Assembly (NCBI RefSeq): GCF_032191835.1
Contig: NC_083223.1
Location: forward strand, 63,674,001-63,738,000
From: Heteronotia binoei
Taxonomy: Eukaryota
Direction: 5' to 3'
Length of the DNA: 64,000 nucleotides
Numbering within the stretch: the stretch's first letter is position 1; every line of letters starts with the position of its first letter. Of this stretch, positions 1-11,784 are shown piece by piece. Made by a program: the position numbers and the translations under genes. The notes beneath the pieces were generated by a model, which saw only the letters and a list, made by a program, of their open reading frames with translations, ran no database searches and was not told the DNA's origin.

Positions 1-1380
1 TGCTCTGTGCCCTAGGACCCAGGGGAAAACATGAAATGGCTGGGCACTGCAAGCTTTTGTACACTAGTTGCTTCATGTGTTGGTCAGCCAATGGAGAAAT
101 TAGAGGCTGTGCTCTGAAGCCTGATTGAGCAAGCCTGGCAAAGCAAGCTGTGATGCAGAAGGAAACAAGAGAGGGAGAAGGAAGCAGGCAACAGTGAGTT
201 GCTCACAGTCAGCAATGTGCGCACTGCTGCATGGGGGCGGGAGTCCTTGCCTGGAGTGGCATCTCTCCCCTGCTCCAGGTTGTTGTTGTGGACTTTGGAT
301 CACAGTCCTACTTATCCAAATTACTTATTCCTTCTTATTTTGTCAGGCAATTGCTACCACCATTGCCATTATTCATTTTAAATTTTTAATTCTCCTCTTA
401 TTTTCCCTCATTGGATAATCAGTTTATAATGCTAATTACCATGTATTTCTTTTATTTAGAAGTCAGTGACTGCCACAAGTTGAAAGGGGCACAAGTTGGA
501 GATATTGAGTCTGTTAATTCACTAGAACAGGTATTTGACAGGTTTGCTTAATGTCATTTGGAACCCTCCATGGAATTACAGCCCTCACACTTCACTGTGT
601 TTCAGTCCTGTTAAAATGTATAAGAAGGGAAACATTCCCCCCATCTTTTCTGCTTCTAATTCCTTATTTCATGCAAAAATGCTGAATTGCAAGTGCAGTT
701 TAAGATGAGCAGAATGACATAATCTTTTGTCAGCCCTGATTATCCACAAAGAATGGCTCTAGGGATTTTGCAGATGAACTTCAGAAGAATGATCCCTCAG
801 AGGCCATTTAAAATTCACAGAAAAATTAACTGGTGGAATTTTTTTGTGCCTTGATGTTTATAATTTTCTCTGCAACCTCACTGTTTGGAGGAATGCAAGG
901 TAGTGTTATGGTTAAGAAGAGAATCAGTTACTGGATTGAGAACTGATTGGTATTGGGAGAAAAGACATAACTGAAGATGCCACATATAAATGACTACAAT
1001 AGGCCTGATTCATTTGGAAAAGTGTGGGGAAATATATTTGTTTCCTAGCATATACTCAGTTCTCATTATATAAATATTTGCTATCTTATTATTATAGTCT
1101 GCATAATTTTGATCTTTTTGTGTGTGTGCATAAAAAAGAACATAGTATGGTTCTATTAAATATTTGGAAATCATTTCATATTTAATATTGAGGATTTTAA
1201 AATTTTAATATTATCCATCTTAATCTATCACAATCTCTCAATATAGTATAGTATATGGTGTATATGAAAATTGGGATAGATGGGGAAATATTTGTTTCCA
1301 CTTGTTTCTCTCTCCCTCTTTATGATGTAGCTGCAATTATAATTTTTATATTAGAAATTGTAATAAGGAATGTGAAGCAT

Positions 1381-4300
1381 CTATAAATTGCATTGGATAA
1401 CAAGATGGCGACGAGGCAGGAGCTCTGGTAGGGCTCCTGTAACTGAAACTACTACGCCTAGCACATGCCTGCAATTGCAGTTTTCAAAGGGTGGACCTAG
1501 TAATATGTTGCTAGGGGAAGGTGCAGGGCAAAATTTAAGAACTTGGTGGGCTCCTACTCCCCAAAGAGACAAAAGAAACATCGTTCACCATATTGGCAAG
1601 TTGGGCCTGGCGCCAATGTGGAGGGCCGCCATGACCACAGCCTGGAGTGCGGGTGAGGCCGGGCGGAGCCGAGTGGTGAGCAGGGCCGAGTGGGGCTGTG
1701 TGGTGAGTGGAGCATCGGGCACCGGCGGGGTCGGACGCCGGAGAGCATGGCTGGCTGTGGGACATCGGAGAGGAGACACTGGTGGCGGCTGGACTGCCAG
1801 GCAAGGCACCAGGGAGGCAGCAGAAAGCACCCGGGCAGCCGTGGAAGCAGCGCTTCTATCCACTGCAATTCAATCAGTGCTTCCTCTGGCGGGGGCGGTC
1901 GGCTGTTGCTGTGGCTCTGACTCTGGCTGGGAATACTACAAACAGCCGTCTGGGTGCCAGCTGCGAGCAGAGCTAGCAGAACTTCTGGAGTCCTTGTTTG
2001 CATGGTGCAAGGGGGGCCTTCACCCCCACCAGGTCTGCCAAGCTCAGAGGGGTCAACGGGCCAAAGACTTTGCTTGAAAGGACGAAGAACTGGAAACCTC
2101 ACTTTGCACCTCGCTTGCACAACCGCACTTTGGAGAACTGGGGACCCTGCTTTGCACAATCGCACTTTGAGACTATTCTGCACAACATCTGCACTATAGA
2201 GGCACAGCAGCACTTTATCTTGACATAACACCTACCTCCGAACTGCTAATTTATAATGATTGAATTTAACTGCTAATTTGATGAATTGTTTTGGTTAACT
2301 AATTTATAGATTAATTTATTGATGAACTGATTGGCTTCCAGATAGAATATAATATTTTTGGCAAATTAATTAAGGGTGATTTATTGTTGGGGAGGGTTTT
2401 TATAATTAATAATGCCATTAGAATTAATTTAAGTATTTTAGCTAATTAATTTAAAAAGGAGATTATGGATTGAGCTTAATTGGTTGATTAACTTTTAGAA
2501 TTGGTAAATTGGTAAATTAAGGGAAATTGGATTGGCAAGGACGGAGAGGTTTGGGGAGTTAATTAATTCCAGGGTGTGAGTTGTGCTTTCTACATTGGTT
2601 GAGGCTGAAGTAGAGACCAGTGGGAGATGACCGGCCTGGGGATTCCGGTACTTCTGGGGAGGTGAAGGTATGATGTGGGAACAGACATCAATATAAGGGA
2701 AGGACGCTGAGACAAGGTGGTCCTTGGCCACCTTCCGGTCTGTGTCCCATCCTGACGGTGACAGGTAGTGGGGTCAGGCTGAATTACTCACCTCCGTCAT
2801 TGGTGTTATGCAATGCCAGGTCCATAAATAATAAGACCTCGGTCCGCCGAGAGTTCTGCTCGAGCAGGATGTGGACCTGGCTTGCGTGACTGAGACCTGG
2901 GTGCGAGAGGGAGACATTGTGGCCCTCTCCCAAACGTTTCCGCCTGGTTACTTGGTCTTTCACCAATCACGGACTAGTGGCCGGGGGGGGGGGGGAGGAG
3001 TGGCTCTATTCATATGAGAGGCTTACTCCTTTAGGGTTCTCCCAGCCCCAAAGATCAATGGTATTGAATGTGCCGGTCTGGTATGGAATGTTGTGGAGGG
3101 GTTGGCAATATGGCTGGTGTACCATTCGCCTAACGCACCAGCCAGCGCCTTACCATCCCTGATCGAGGCCATAGCAGCCTGGGCATTGGAGTACCCAAGG
3201 CTTATGATCCTGGGTGACTTCAATGTCCATGCTGACTACGCAACCTCCAGTCAGGCAATGGACCAAGTGTCATCCATGGCAACACTGGGACTCTCCCAAT
3301 TTGTTACATCGGCTGCTCACCAGGTGGGGCACATGTTAGATTTTATCTTTGCGGCCGGGGTTTTGGTGGACGATATTACTGCGGAGGCAGTGCCATGGTC
3401 GGACCACTTTGCCCTCAAGGCTTGCGTGGATATCCCACCCCAAGCCCGTTTGGGCGGTGAGCTTATTTTGGCTCGCCTGCAGAGCCTGATGGACCCTAAG
3501 GTTCCAAATGGCTCTACGGGATCCCTGGCCCCCTGGCGATTCTCTTGATGATCTGGTTGAGTTTTGGCACGGCCGGCTCTCCAGAGTTCAAGTTCAAGTT
3601 TATTTATATCCCGCCCTTCCCACCGAAGTGGCTCAGGGCGGCTCACAACACATAAAAAACTAACATAATTTGAATTTAAAACATCTTACATAATTAAAAC
3701 AGTAGAATAATAAAACATATAAAACATATAACGGTGGTCTATCAGAATTACACTCAGCTTCCAATGCCACTTAATTACAAGCCAGCCGGAAGAGGGCTGT
3801 CTTACAAGCCCCACGGAACTGACCAAGGTCCCGCAGGGCCCTCACCTCTTCCGGCAGTTGGTTCCACCAGAAAGGAGCCATTATGGAGAAGGCCCTGTCC
3901 CTGGTGGATTGCAGGCAGGCCTCCTTTGGCCCGGGGATAACAAGCAGATTTTGAGATCCCGATCTCAGTAGTCTCTGGGGAACATGTGGGGAGAGACGGT
4001 CCCTAAGGTAGGCAGGTCCTACGCCATATAGGGCTTTAAAGGTAATAACCAGCACCTTGTACCGAACTCGGTATATTATTGGCAGCCAGTGCAGAGTCCG
4101 GAGCCCTGGCCGAATGTGCTCCCATCTTGGGAGCCCCAATAACAACCGGGCTGCAGCATTCTGCACTAACTGCAACTTCAGGGTTCGGCACAAGGGCAGC
4201 CCCATGTAGAGGGCATTACAGTAGTCCAACCTCGAGGTGACCGTTGTATGGATCACTATTGCTAGGTCGTCGCGCTCCAGGAAAGGAGCCAGCTGCCTCG

Positions 4301-5420
4301 CCCGCCTAAGATGAAAAAATGCGGATTTAGCAGTGGCTGCTATCTGAGCCTCCATCGTTAAGGAAGGCTCCAATAGTACCCCCAAACTCCTGACCTTGTG
4401 CGCCGCTGTCAATGGTGCACCGTCAAAAACTGGCAGGGGGATTTCCCCTCCCGGACCACGACGACCCAAGCAAAGGACCTCTGTCTTCACCGGATTTAGC
4501 GGATTTAGTCATTGATGAGATTGCACCTCAATGCCCTCTGCGCCCTCATGTTAAGCTGGCCCCGTGGTATACCCCGGAGTTGCGACAGCTGAAACGAGGG
4601 CTCAGACGGTTAGAGAGGCAATGGTGACGTACTCGAGATGAAGTGACTAGAACATCTTATAGAGAGTTTATGAGGTCCTATGAGATGGCAGTCAACGCCA
4701 CAAAGAAGACTTACTTTGCGGCCAAGATTGTGTCTGCAAATTCGTGCCTGGCACAATTGTTTAGGACAATTCAGAATCTTACAACATTGCTGCAAGGCAG
4801 GCCAAATGCTAGGAAATTAGAGATAGGCTGTGAGGCTTTTGTGAAATTTTTTGCAGATAAGATATCGTCGCTCTGCCACGACCTTCCCACCACATTGAAT
4901 ACAGTATGTGAACTCACGTCCCCGTGCCTGTCTTCTGGTCCAGTCCTGGATCGCTTTGACACACTCAGCTTGGAGGAAGTTGACAGAATCTTCTCTACTG
5001 TACGCCCAACAGCTTGTGATCTGGACCTGTGCCCCTCCCGGCTAATTAAAGCTTGCCAGAGGGCGCTTAGGTGCCCTATATGGGACATCATAAATAGATC
5101 CCTCTTGGAGGGGTTCTTTCCAACGCCTCTTAAAGAGGCTGTGGTCCGCCTTCGCCTGAAAAAGGCTACATCAGATCTGGCCAAATTGGCACATTACCAG
5201 CCGGTCTCAAATTTGCCCTTTTTGGGCAAAATTATTGAGAGGGCAATAGCGTTACAGTTGCAGAGTTTTCTGGATGATGCTTACGTCCTAGATCCTCACC
5301 AGTCTGGCTTTCATCCGTATCATGGGACGGAGACAGTGCTGGTCGCCCTGGTGGATGACCTCCAGTGGCATCTGGATCGAGTTGGCTCAGAGGTGCTCGG
5401 CGGTTGTTGTAGAGCTGCTG
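1381..5420 (+). mobile_element. L2-clade LINE, long 5' portion (GC-rich 5' region, APE endonuclease, RT N-terminal part), 3' end lost; interrupted at 3586-4508
   Basis: APE motifs at ~2800-3550 (CNARSINNK, CVTETW, ILGDFNVH, HMLDFIF, WSDHF). RT N-terminal motifs in ORF 4643..5449 (LDLCPSRLIK, YQPVSNLPFLGKIIE, HQSGF, TETVLVALVDD). The frame is continuous across the nested insert (LSR|VIDEIAP). The 5' boundary is approximate. Confidence 0.8.
3586..4508 (-). mobile_element. 5'-truncated L2 copy nested antisense in the host L2
   Basis: Open ORF 3771..4490 (KTEVL...SRLDYCNALY...LQLVQNAAARLL...LHWLP...FSIMAPFWWNQLP) is the typical L2 C-terminus. The 3' tail AATAAA(CTTGAA)n is at 3586-3606. The 9-mer cggatttag is duplicated at the 5' junction. 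Confidence 0.9.
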
Positions 5421-5429
5421 ATCTGTTTG

Positions 5430-6078
5430 TAAAATGTGTGCCCCTTTAAGGCTGTGCAGGAAACAGGAAGGGCTTCATTGGAAAGGGTCAGTAAGTTTCC
5501 ATGGAGAACGGCCCCTCCCTTTCTTTTGCTTTCGTTTTCACAGCAAGGAAAGTTCTGCAGGAAGAAGATCTAGTAAGTATTTGTGTGTGAGAGAGAGGGA
5601 GGGGGCAGGGGATTCCCTGGTTTGGAGGCTCTCCCCCCCCCTTTAGAAAGCATGGGGGGGAGGGAAATGTCTACTGGGCACTCTATTATTTCCTATGGAG
5701 AACGATTCCCATAGGGAATAATAGGAAATTGATCTGTGGGTATTGGGGGCTCTGGGGGGCCTATTTTTTGAGTTAGAGGCACCAGATTTTTAGTATAGCA
5801 TCTAGTGTCTCTCCCCAAAATACCCCCCAAGTTTCAAAACGATTGGACCAGAGGGTCCAATTCTATGAGCCCCAAAAGATGGTGCCCCTATCCTTAATTA
5901 TTTCCTATGGAAGAAAGGCATTTTAAAAGGCGTGCTGTCCCTTTAAATGTGATGGCCAGAACTCCCTTGGAGTTCAATTATGCTTGTCACATCCTTGTTC
6001 CTGGCTCCACCCCCAATGTCTCCTGGCTCCACCCCCCAAAGTCCCCAGATTTTTCTTTAATTGGACTTGACAACCCTA
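5430..6078 (+). mobile_element. Non-autonomous hAT-like element (TAGGGTTGCC TIR family), left end missing
   Basis: Colinear with 6480-7127. It ends in gacaacccta, the right TIR. Confidence 0.7.
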
Positions 6079-6327
6079 CTATGTCATCTAGTAGATATCA
6101 GTTGTAATTCCCAGATTTCCCTGCCTCATCTGAAAGTTGGCAACCTTGTTTCCTCCTCACCAGCATCTGCTTTTTCTTCCACTTTTCTCCAGCACAATCA
6201 TAAGACTTAGAGCAAGGGTGTCAAATGTCCAGCCCATGGACCTGAACTGGCCCACTGAGGGCTTTAATCAGGTCCATGGGGCTCATTTCTCCTCCCACCC
6301 CCTCCTCATCCTTTGAAGCTCTAAGGC

Positions 6328-7127
6328 TAGGCTTTCCAATCCCCAGGTCCCAGTGGGGGATCCCCCATTTTGACAGGCTTCTCCCCGCCCCCAGCCAGCT
6401 GGCCGGCAGGGAAAGCCCCGCCCCCACAGTCATCCTGTAGTTTTAGAGCTCCTGCAGGTTTAGAAACCTGCAAACAGTTTTTAAAATGTGTGCCTTTAAG
6501 GCTGAGCAGGAAGCAGGAAACAGGAAGGGTTTCATAGGAAAGGATCAGTGACAGTTTCCTCAGAGAACGGCCCCTCCCTTTCTTTTGCTTTCGTTTTCAG
6601 AGCATGTAAAGTTCTGCAGGAACAAAACCGAGTAAGTATTTGTGTGTGTGAGAGAGGGAGGGGGCAGGGGATTTCCTGGTTTGGAGGCCCCCCCCTGCTT
6701 TAGAAAGTGTGAGGGGGGAGGGAAATGTCTACTGGGCACTCTATTATTCCCTATGGAGAACGATTCCCATAAGAAATAATGGGGAATTGATCCACGGGTA
6801 TTGGGGGCTCTGGGGGGACTATTTTTTGAGGTAGAGGCACCAGATTTTTAGTATAGCATCTAGTGCCTCTCCCCAAAATACCCCCCAAGTTTCAAAACGA
6901 TTGGACCAGGGGGTCCAATTCTATGAGCCCCAAAATATGGTGCCCCTATCCTTCATTATTTCCTATGGCATTTGAAAAGGTATGCTGCCCCTTTAAATGT
7001 GATGGCCAGAACTCCCTTGGAGTTCAATTATGCTTGTCACACCCTTGTTCCTGGCTCCACCCCCAAAGTCTCCTGGCTCTGCCCCCAAAGTCCCCAGATA
7101 TTTCTTGAATTGGACTTGGCAACCCTA
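6328..7127 (+). mobile_element. hAT MITE, TAGGGTTGCC family, complete
   Basis: Ends taggctttcc / ggcaacccta. Perfect 8-bp TSD tctaaggc (6320-6327 and 7128-7135). Confidence 0.85.
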
Positions 7128-7570
7128 TCTAAGGCTGCTGCAGTCACCTGCTCCTTCTGCCTTGTCTTTGCCAGCTATAGCAGGAAGTAAACCTGCAAGG
7201 TAAATGAGGAGTGGATTTTCCATTAAGATCTCTGTGCTGAGATAGGGCCCAGAGACCTTAATGGAAAATCCATGTTATGTTTTCTTTGCAATGTTGTCTG
7301 TGCTACAATGTTTTTCAATGGAGTGGAGATCAGGTTCACTTTTCAGCATTCCTATAGCCAGCTGAAGCTCATGCTTCCTAGAGTTGTGTCCTTGCAAATA
7401 AAGGGTTGCTGCTTTGAGCCAGCTTGTCCTTGCTCAATGGACCTGAGAACTGGTGCCTAGTGAGTACTCTAACCTGGAAACCCACAGCCAAAGATATTAC
7501 ATGAGAGCCATTGCCACTCTGAGTAGACTGGGGGAGGGGAAGAAGCTTGCAATGCCATTTTATTGTTTTC

Positions 7571-8029
7571 TAGGGTTGCCAGAAAGAAATATCTGGGGAA
7601 TTTGGGAGTGGAGCCAGAAACAAGGGTGTAACAAGCACGTTTGAACTCTGAAGGGAGTTCTGGCCATCACATTTAAAGGAACTTTTACATGCCTTCCCTC
7701 CATTTGGAAATAATGAAGGATAGGGGCACCTTCTTTTAAGGCTCATAAAATTGGACCCCCTGGTCCAATCTTTTTGAAACTTCGGGGAGTGTTTTGAGGA
7801 AAGACACTGGATGGTATGCTGAAATTTGGTGCCTCTACCTCAAAAAAACAGCTTCCCAGAGCCCCCGATACCTATGGATCAATTCTCCATGGGAATCAGT
7901 CTCCATAGGGTATAATGGAGTGCCAAGCAGAAATTTCCCTCCACTCCTGGCTTTCTAATGACCTTGAAGTGGGGGGAGGGCCTCCAAACTGGGGGTTCCC
8001 CTGCCTCCAACTGGGGATTGGCAACCCTT
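7571..8029 (-). mobile_element. hAT MITE, TAGGGTTGCC family, shorter inverted copy
   Basis: tagggttgcca...tggcaaccct termini. The interior is reverse-complementary to parts of 6328-7127. No clear TSD. Confidence 0.7.
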
Positions 8030-8724
8030 TTCCCAGGCTGAGGATTTAATATTTTTAATTTCTGCTGTGATCCTTGAGCTTTTTCTTGATGTTTTATTTT
8101 TAAAATTGCATTGCCAAATCCCACCATTTCCACACCTTTTGATTTTAAACAAAATATTGCAAGTTTTAAGCATTTTTGTATTTCACGTTAAAACATAATA
8201 TCTTTGTGTTTGTCTGTGTCATTTATATAAAGTTTATATCTGCACTACCTCACATTACATTTTATGACACACATTGCCTGACCCCACAAAGCCCCATTTG
8301 TGTCAGATCCGGCCCTCCTGACAAGTGACTTCGACACCCCTGGCTTAGAGACTGTTTAGGAATTGAAGGCATGTTAGAAAATGTGCAGAAGGGCCTCAGG
8401 CCTTTGTGGAAGAGAGGCTTCCCTGTGGCCTGCAGGCCACTCATTCTTCACCTTTAGGCAAAGAGGCATGACAGAATATGGTTGCCAGTCAGGCAGCCAG
8501 CCTCCAGGTGAGGCCTGGAGATGTCTCAGAATTATAACTGCTCTCCAGTTAACAGAGATCGGTTCTACTGGAGGAAATGAATAGCTTGTGGAAAGAGTTT
8601 CCGATTAGTAACTTCAAATCAAAGAATTAGACAAGTGAGAAATCATATAAACTAGGCTTTTTCCCATAGAGTAACCAGAGGAATCCACTAACCAGAGAAA
8701 TATTCATGGTTGAGACAGCATAGA

Positions 8725-8820
8725 AAACAGCACAAGTGTGCATGCACACAAAAGCTTATACCATATGCCTTGAATAAAACTGTTGGTCTTAAAGGTGCCA
8801 CTGGACTCAAACTTCATTCA
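8725..8820 (+). mobile_element. Penelope-like terminal repeat remnant
   Basis: gtgtgcatgcacac-aaaagctta...gttggtcttaaaggtgccactggactc, shared with 36240-36410 and 47226-47406. Confidence 0.55.
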
Positions 8821-9164
8821 AATGCTGAGACTAGAACAAACGTTTTTGAGATTATATGCCTATCTCTGGAAAATGATACAGTTGCTTGTAAAAGGAAGAG
8901 GAATTGCAGCAGAAGAGAGATTGAGAAGAGGAAAATATTTGAAAAGTTTCTATTGATTTTCTCTGTGTTGGTTAAAATGTAAACTGTTACTGATATGCTT
9001 TGCTGCTTCTCATAAACCAAAGCGAGTTAATTTGGTACCAACATTGCTCTTAATAGATTACTTGAAATTTTGTACTGGGATGTCGTCACTTTGCTGGTCC
9101 TGTGAGAGGTTCAACTCCCCCGCCCGATAACTGGAAAAAGGCACTTTACAAAATATAAAGTTTA

Positions 9165-9270
9165 CATTCTTGTTGTAGAACAAAGCAGTAGACAAGTTTC
9201 AGCTTTAAGACCAACTAAATTTTATTCCGAATGCAAGCTTTCGTATGCTCCCTGAGCAGACTTCATTGTT
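9165..9270 (-). mobile_element. Penelope-like terminal repeat remnant
   Basis: ctttaagaccaactaaattttatt...aagctttcg resembles the other Penelope-like ends in the window. Confidence 0.45.
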
Positions 9271-9399
9271 CATTCTTGTAGGCTTGTCGTCAACAAGGCC
9301 AAATTCAACACAAGTCTTGTGGCATTTTAAAGACCTGTTATGGAATAAGCTTCTGGAAGCCGAACTCTGCTTTGCCAAGTGTACGCAATGTTATCCTCA

Positions 9400-9990
9400 G
9401 TTGCGTATTCATTCTTTGCCAGTTTTTATTTTCCCATCAGGTTCCTCCCCGCATATGGCAGCGCTTAAATACGCAACCGAAGTGAATGCTGTGCTCGCTT
9501 CTTTTTCTATCTCTATGGCAAGAACCACCAAATAGCCGGGGGAAGGGGGAATGAACCGCGCCAAGGTCTTTCTCCTCATTCTCCTGTCTCTTTTCAGTAC
9601 TGTCTTAGTTTCTTTCTCTTTGGCGCTGCTCCCGTCCCGCCCACCCATAGATTAAGAAACAAAACGCTATTATTATGATTCGGAGAAGGAAAGCGACGTA
9701 TTTCTATGGCAACCCCCAGAAGCCGGCAAAGGAAGCCGGAACTGACCTCATTGCGGAGTGTCGAAGCGATAGTCTGAGGAGGGCAGAGCAGGAAGTGACG
9801 AAGCATGCTGGTAGGAGGAGTAGAGCGCGCTGTGTTTGCGCGCGAAATTGGGTTCGGTGGTGTCCCGGCTGTGTGGTGCGCGAGTTGAAGGAGCTGGGAT
9901 TCCCAGGTAGGACAGCGCTTTTCAGCCTTGGCAGGGGAGTCCTCTTAATCGGGAAAGGGGGGGGGGGCGGTTCCTCCTCCTCCTCCCTGG
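9400..9990. promoter_or_regulatory. PRIM2: CpG-rich promoter of PRIM2 (possibly bidirectional)
   Basis: Local CpG enrichment ~2 kb upstream of the first coding exon. RFX X-box-like atttctatggcaac (9700-9713), ETS motifs (ccggaa ~9737; caggaagtgacg 9789-9800) and double E2F site tttgcgcgcgaaa (9835-9847). Confidence 0.8.
9790..9906 (+). other. PRIM2: Probable non-coding first exon of PRIM2
   Basis: The first coding exon has a splice acceptor 15 nt before the ATG, so an upstream exon is required. Candidate donors are ctg|gtagga (9810/9811) and cag|gtagga (9906/9907). The TSS is not determinable. Confidence 0.4.
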
Positions 9991-10463
9991 TGACCTGGGC
10001 TGTACATGGAGCAGGAAGAAGAGGGGATTGAATCCTAAGGGAGAGGAGCAGACTGAACCAGTTAAGTTACAAATGATGGGTAGCATTTTTGTCTACTCGC
10101 TTTATGGTAAAACAAACACAAAGCTTGCAAGTAATAATCTCCCTCGTGGCACTGAGGTGCTTATTTACACAATGTTCACACAGTGGGCATTTTAAACTTG
10201 TAAGAGAGCACTGAAAAATGGCATAACGTGTGAAGCTGCCATATACGAGACCTGTTCACATGTTATAGTGAGTGCAGGTATGTCCTGCGTATATATGCAT
10301 GCATTTTATTTCTTAGTTGTAGGCTGTCTTTATCACTTAGGACACAAGGTGGAATACACAGAGAGAGCCAATACAATCAACAGGATGAGATGTTCAATAA
10401 ACAATGTAATAGGATTAGGGTTTTTGAACCCACCAGGAACCTGAAAACAGAACTTAAGCAAAA

Positions 10464-10633
10464 CCTATACTCTGAATCTGAAGAGTAGTCATGATCTCCT
10501 TTACCTCCCCCCCCCCCCAACAGACACCTGTGAGGTAGGTGGGGCTGAGAGAGCTCTTACAGCTGCTGCCCTTTCAAGGACAACAAGAGCTATGGCTGAC
10601 CCAAGGCCATTCCAACAGCTGCAAGTGGAGGAG
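10464..10633 (-). mobile_element. tRNA-derived SINE (Squam3-like), partial
   Basis: Body matches the other copies (caacagacacctgtgaggtaggtggggctgag...ccctttcaaggaca). Confidence 0.75.
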
Positions 10634-10913
10634 TTAACATGACACATTAACATGACACATTCAGTGATGCAGAAATTACGTAGTAGGATCCCACTTACAG
10701 CAAGCAACACATACTAGTATGGACCACAGCCCTTTATAATTTATCTAAGTGATTTTGTGGATTCTTTTGTAGAGTGCAATCTCATTGCTTGTGTAGAAAA
10801 GCCCTGTTAAATAACTAACTTTTGTGTAGTTTGTGGAAAGCCAGAAGTGGGAGCCTTTCTAATCTTTTCAGGCAGGCGGTGGCCATTCCATAGGTGAAGA
10901 CCACAATGTAGGA

Positions 10914-11170
10914 GAAGATGATATTGGATTTATATCCCACCCTATACTCTGAATCTCAAGAGTGGTCACAATCTCCTTTACCTCCCCCCCCCCAACAGAC
11001 ACCTGTGAGGTAGGTGGGGCTGAGAGAGCTCTTACAGTTGCTGCCCTTTCAAGGACAACTCCTACGAGATCTATGGCTGACCAAGGGCATTCCAACAGCT
11101 GCAAGTGGAGAAGTGGGGAATCAAACCTGGTTCTCCCAGATAAGATTCCACTCACTTAACCACTACACCA
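10914..11170 (-). mobile_element. tRNA-derived SINE (Squam3-like)
   Basis: tRNA-like head (ggtgtagtggttaag...ggtttgattcccc), conserved body and (CTT/CAT)n tail. Confidence 0.85.
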
Positions 11171-11368
11171 GTAGGTATATGTATGGACAGTTGTTTGGAT
11201 AGTTAGTTTGCCCATTTGCTGTTTGGCACTTGCAGAAAAACCTGTTCTGATGAGCAAAGCTGTTGTGGCAGTGCACAGGGGGAGAAGCAGTCTCACAGAT
11301 ACGTAACAAAGGCTGCATATAAATCCAATAAGAGCAACAAAGACTGGATTTGAATATAGACTCTGAGT

Positions 11369-11674
11369 TAGGGGTCACTAAACCATGGCTCAGGAGCCAT
11401 TTGTGGCTCTTTCACACATATTGGGTGGCTCTCAAAGCCCCCACCACCCTGTTGGCTGGCTTGGAGAAGTCATTTGTCTCTACTCCAAGTCAAGACAGCC
11501 AGTGGCTTAGAGAATGCATTTAAACTTGCTTTCTTTCCACCACTCCCTCCCTTCCCATCTATTTGCTTGCCTTCCCTTCTTCCCTCAAACATCTGACATT
11601 TATGTCTTGCAGCTCTCAAACATCTGATGTTTATTCTATGTGGCTCTTATGTTAAGCAAGTTTGGCCACCCCTG
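11369..11674 (-). mobile_element. hAT MITE (CAGGGGTAGCCAAAC family)
   Basis: TIR-like ends taggggtc / cacccctg, degenerate 8-bp TSD ctctgagt/ctatgaat, homologous to 61888-62178. Confidence 0.7.
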
Positions 11675-11784
11675 CTATGAATCATGAATATTAATTTGAC
11701 TAATGGCTGAATTACTGCTTCAACTTTGTGCTAATCTTGTGCTATGACCCTCTAATGTATCTCTTGTAGGCTTACTTGGAGAAA

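Larger units (their letters stand above)
6213..8342 (+). mobile_element. Non-autonomous hAT (Charlie-like) element containing nested elements
   Basis: TIRs caagggtgtcaaa / ttcgacacccctg. 8-bp TSD acttagag (6205-6212) / gcttagag (8343-8350). Confidence 0.8.

Noticed and set aside
2090-2220. CRISPR-like short repeats (gcacaa..cgcacttt)
   Set aside because: Only three or four degenerate units, no regular unique spacers and no cas genes; they lie inside a LINE 5' region.
1388-2231. Long overlapping ORFs (229 aa +, 225 aa -)
   Set aside because: GC-rich LINE 5' region with ORFs in several frames and no recognisable domain. They are not supportable as host genes, although a degenerate L2 ORF1 cannot be excluded.
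1-9400. Coding exon of the expected divergent neighbour RAB23
   Set aside because: No MLEEDMEVAIK/GKSS-like sequence was seen on the minus strand in the window.
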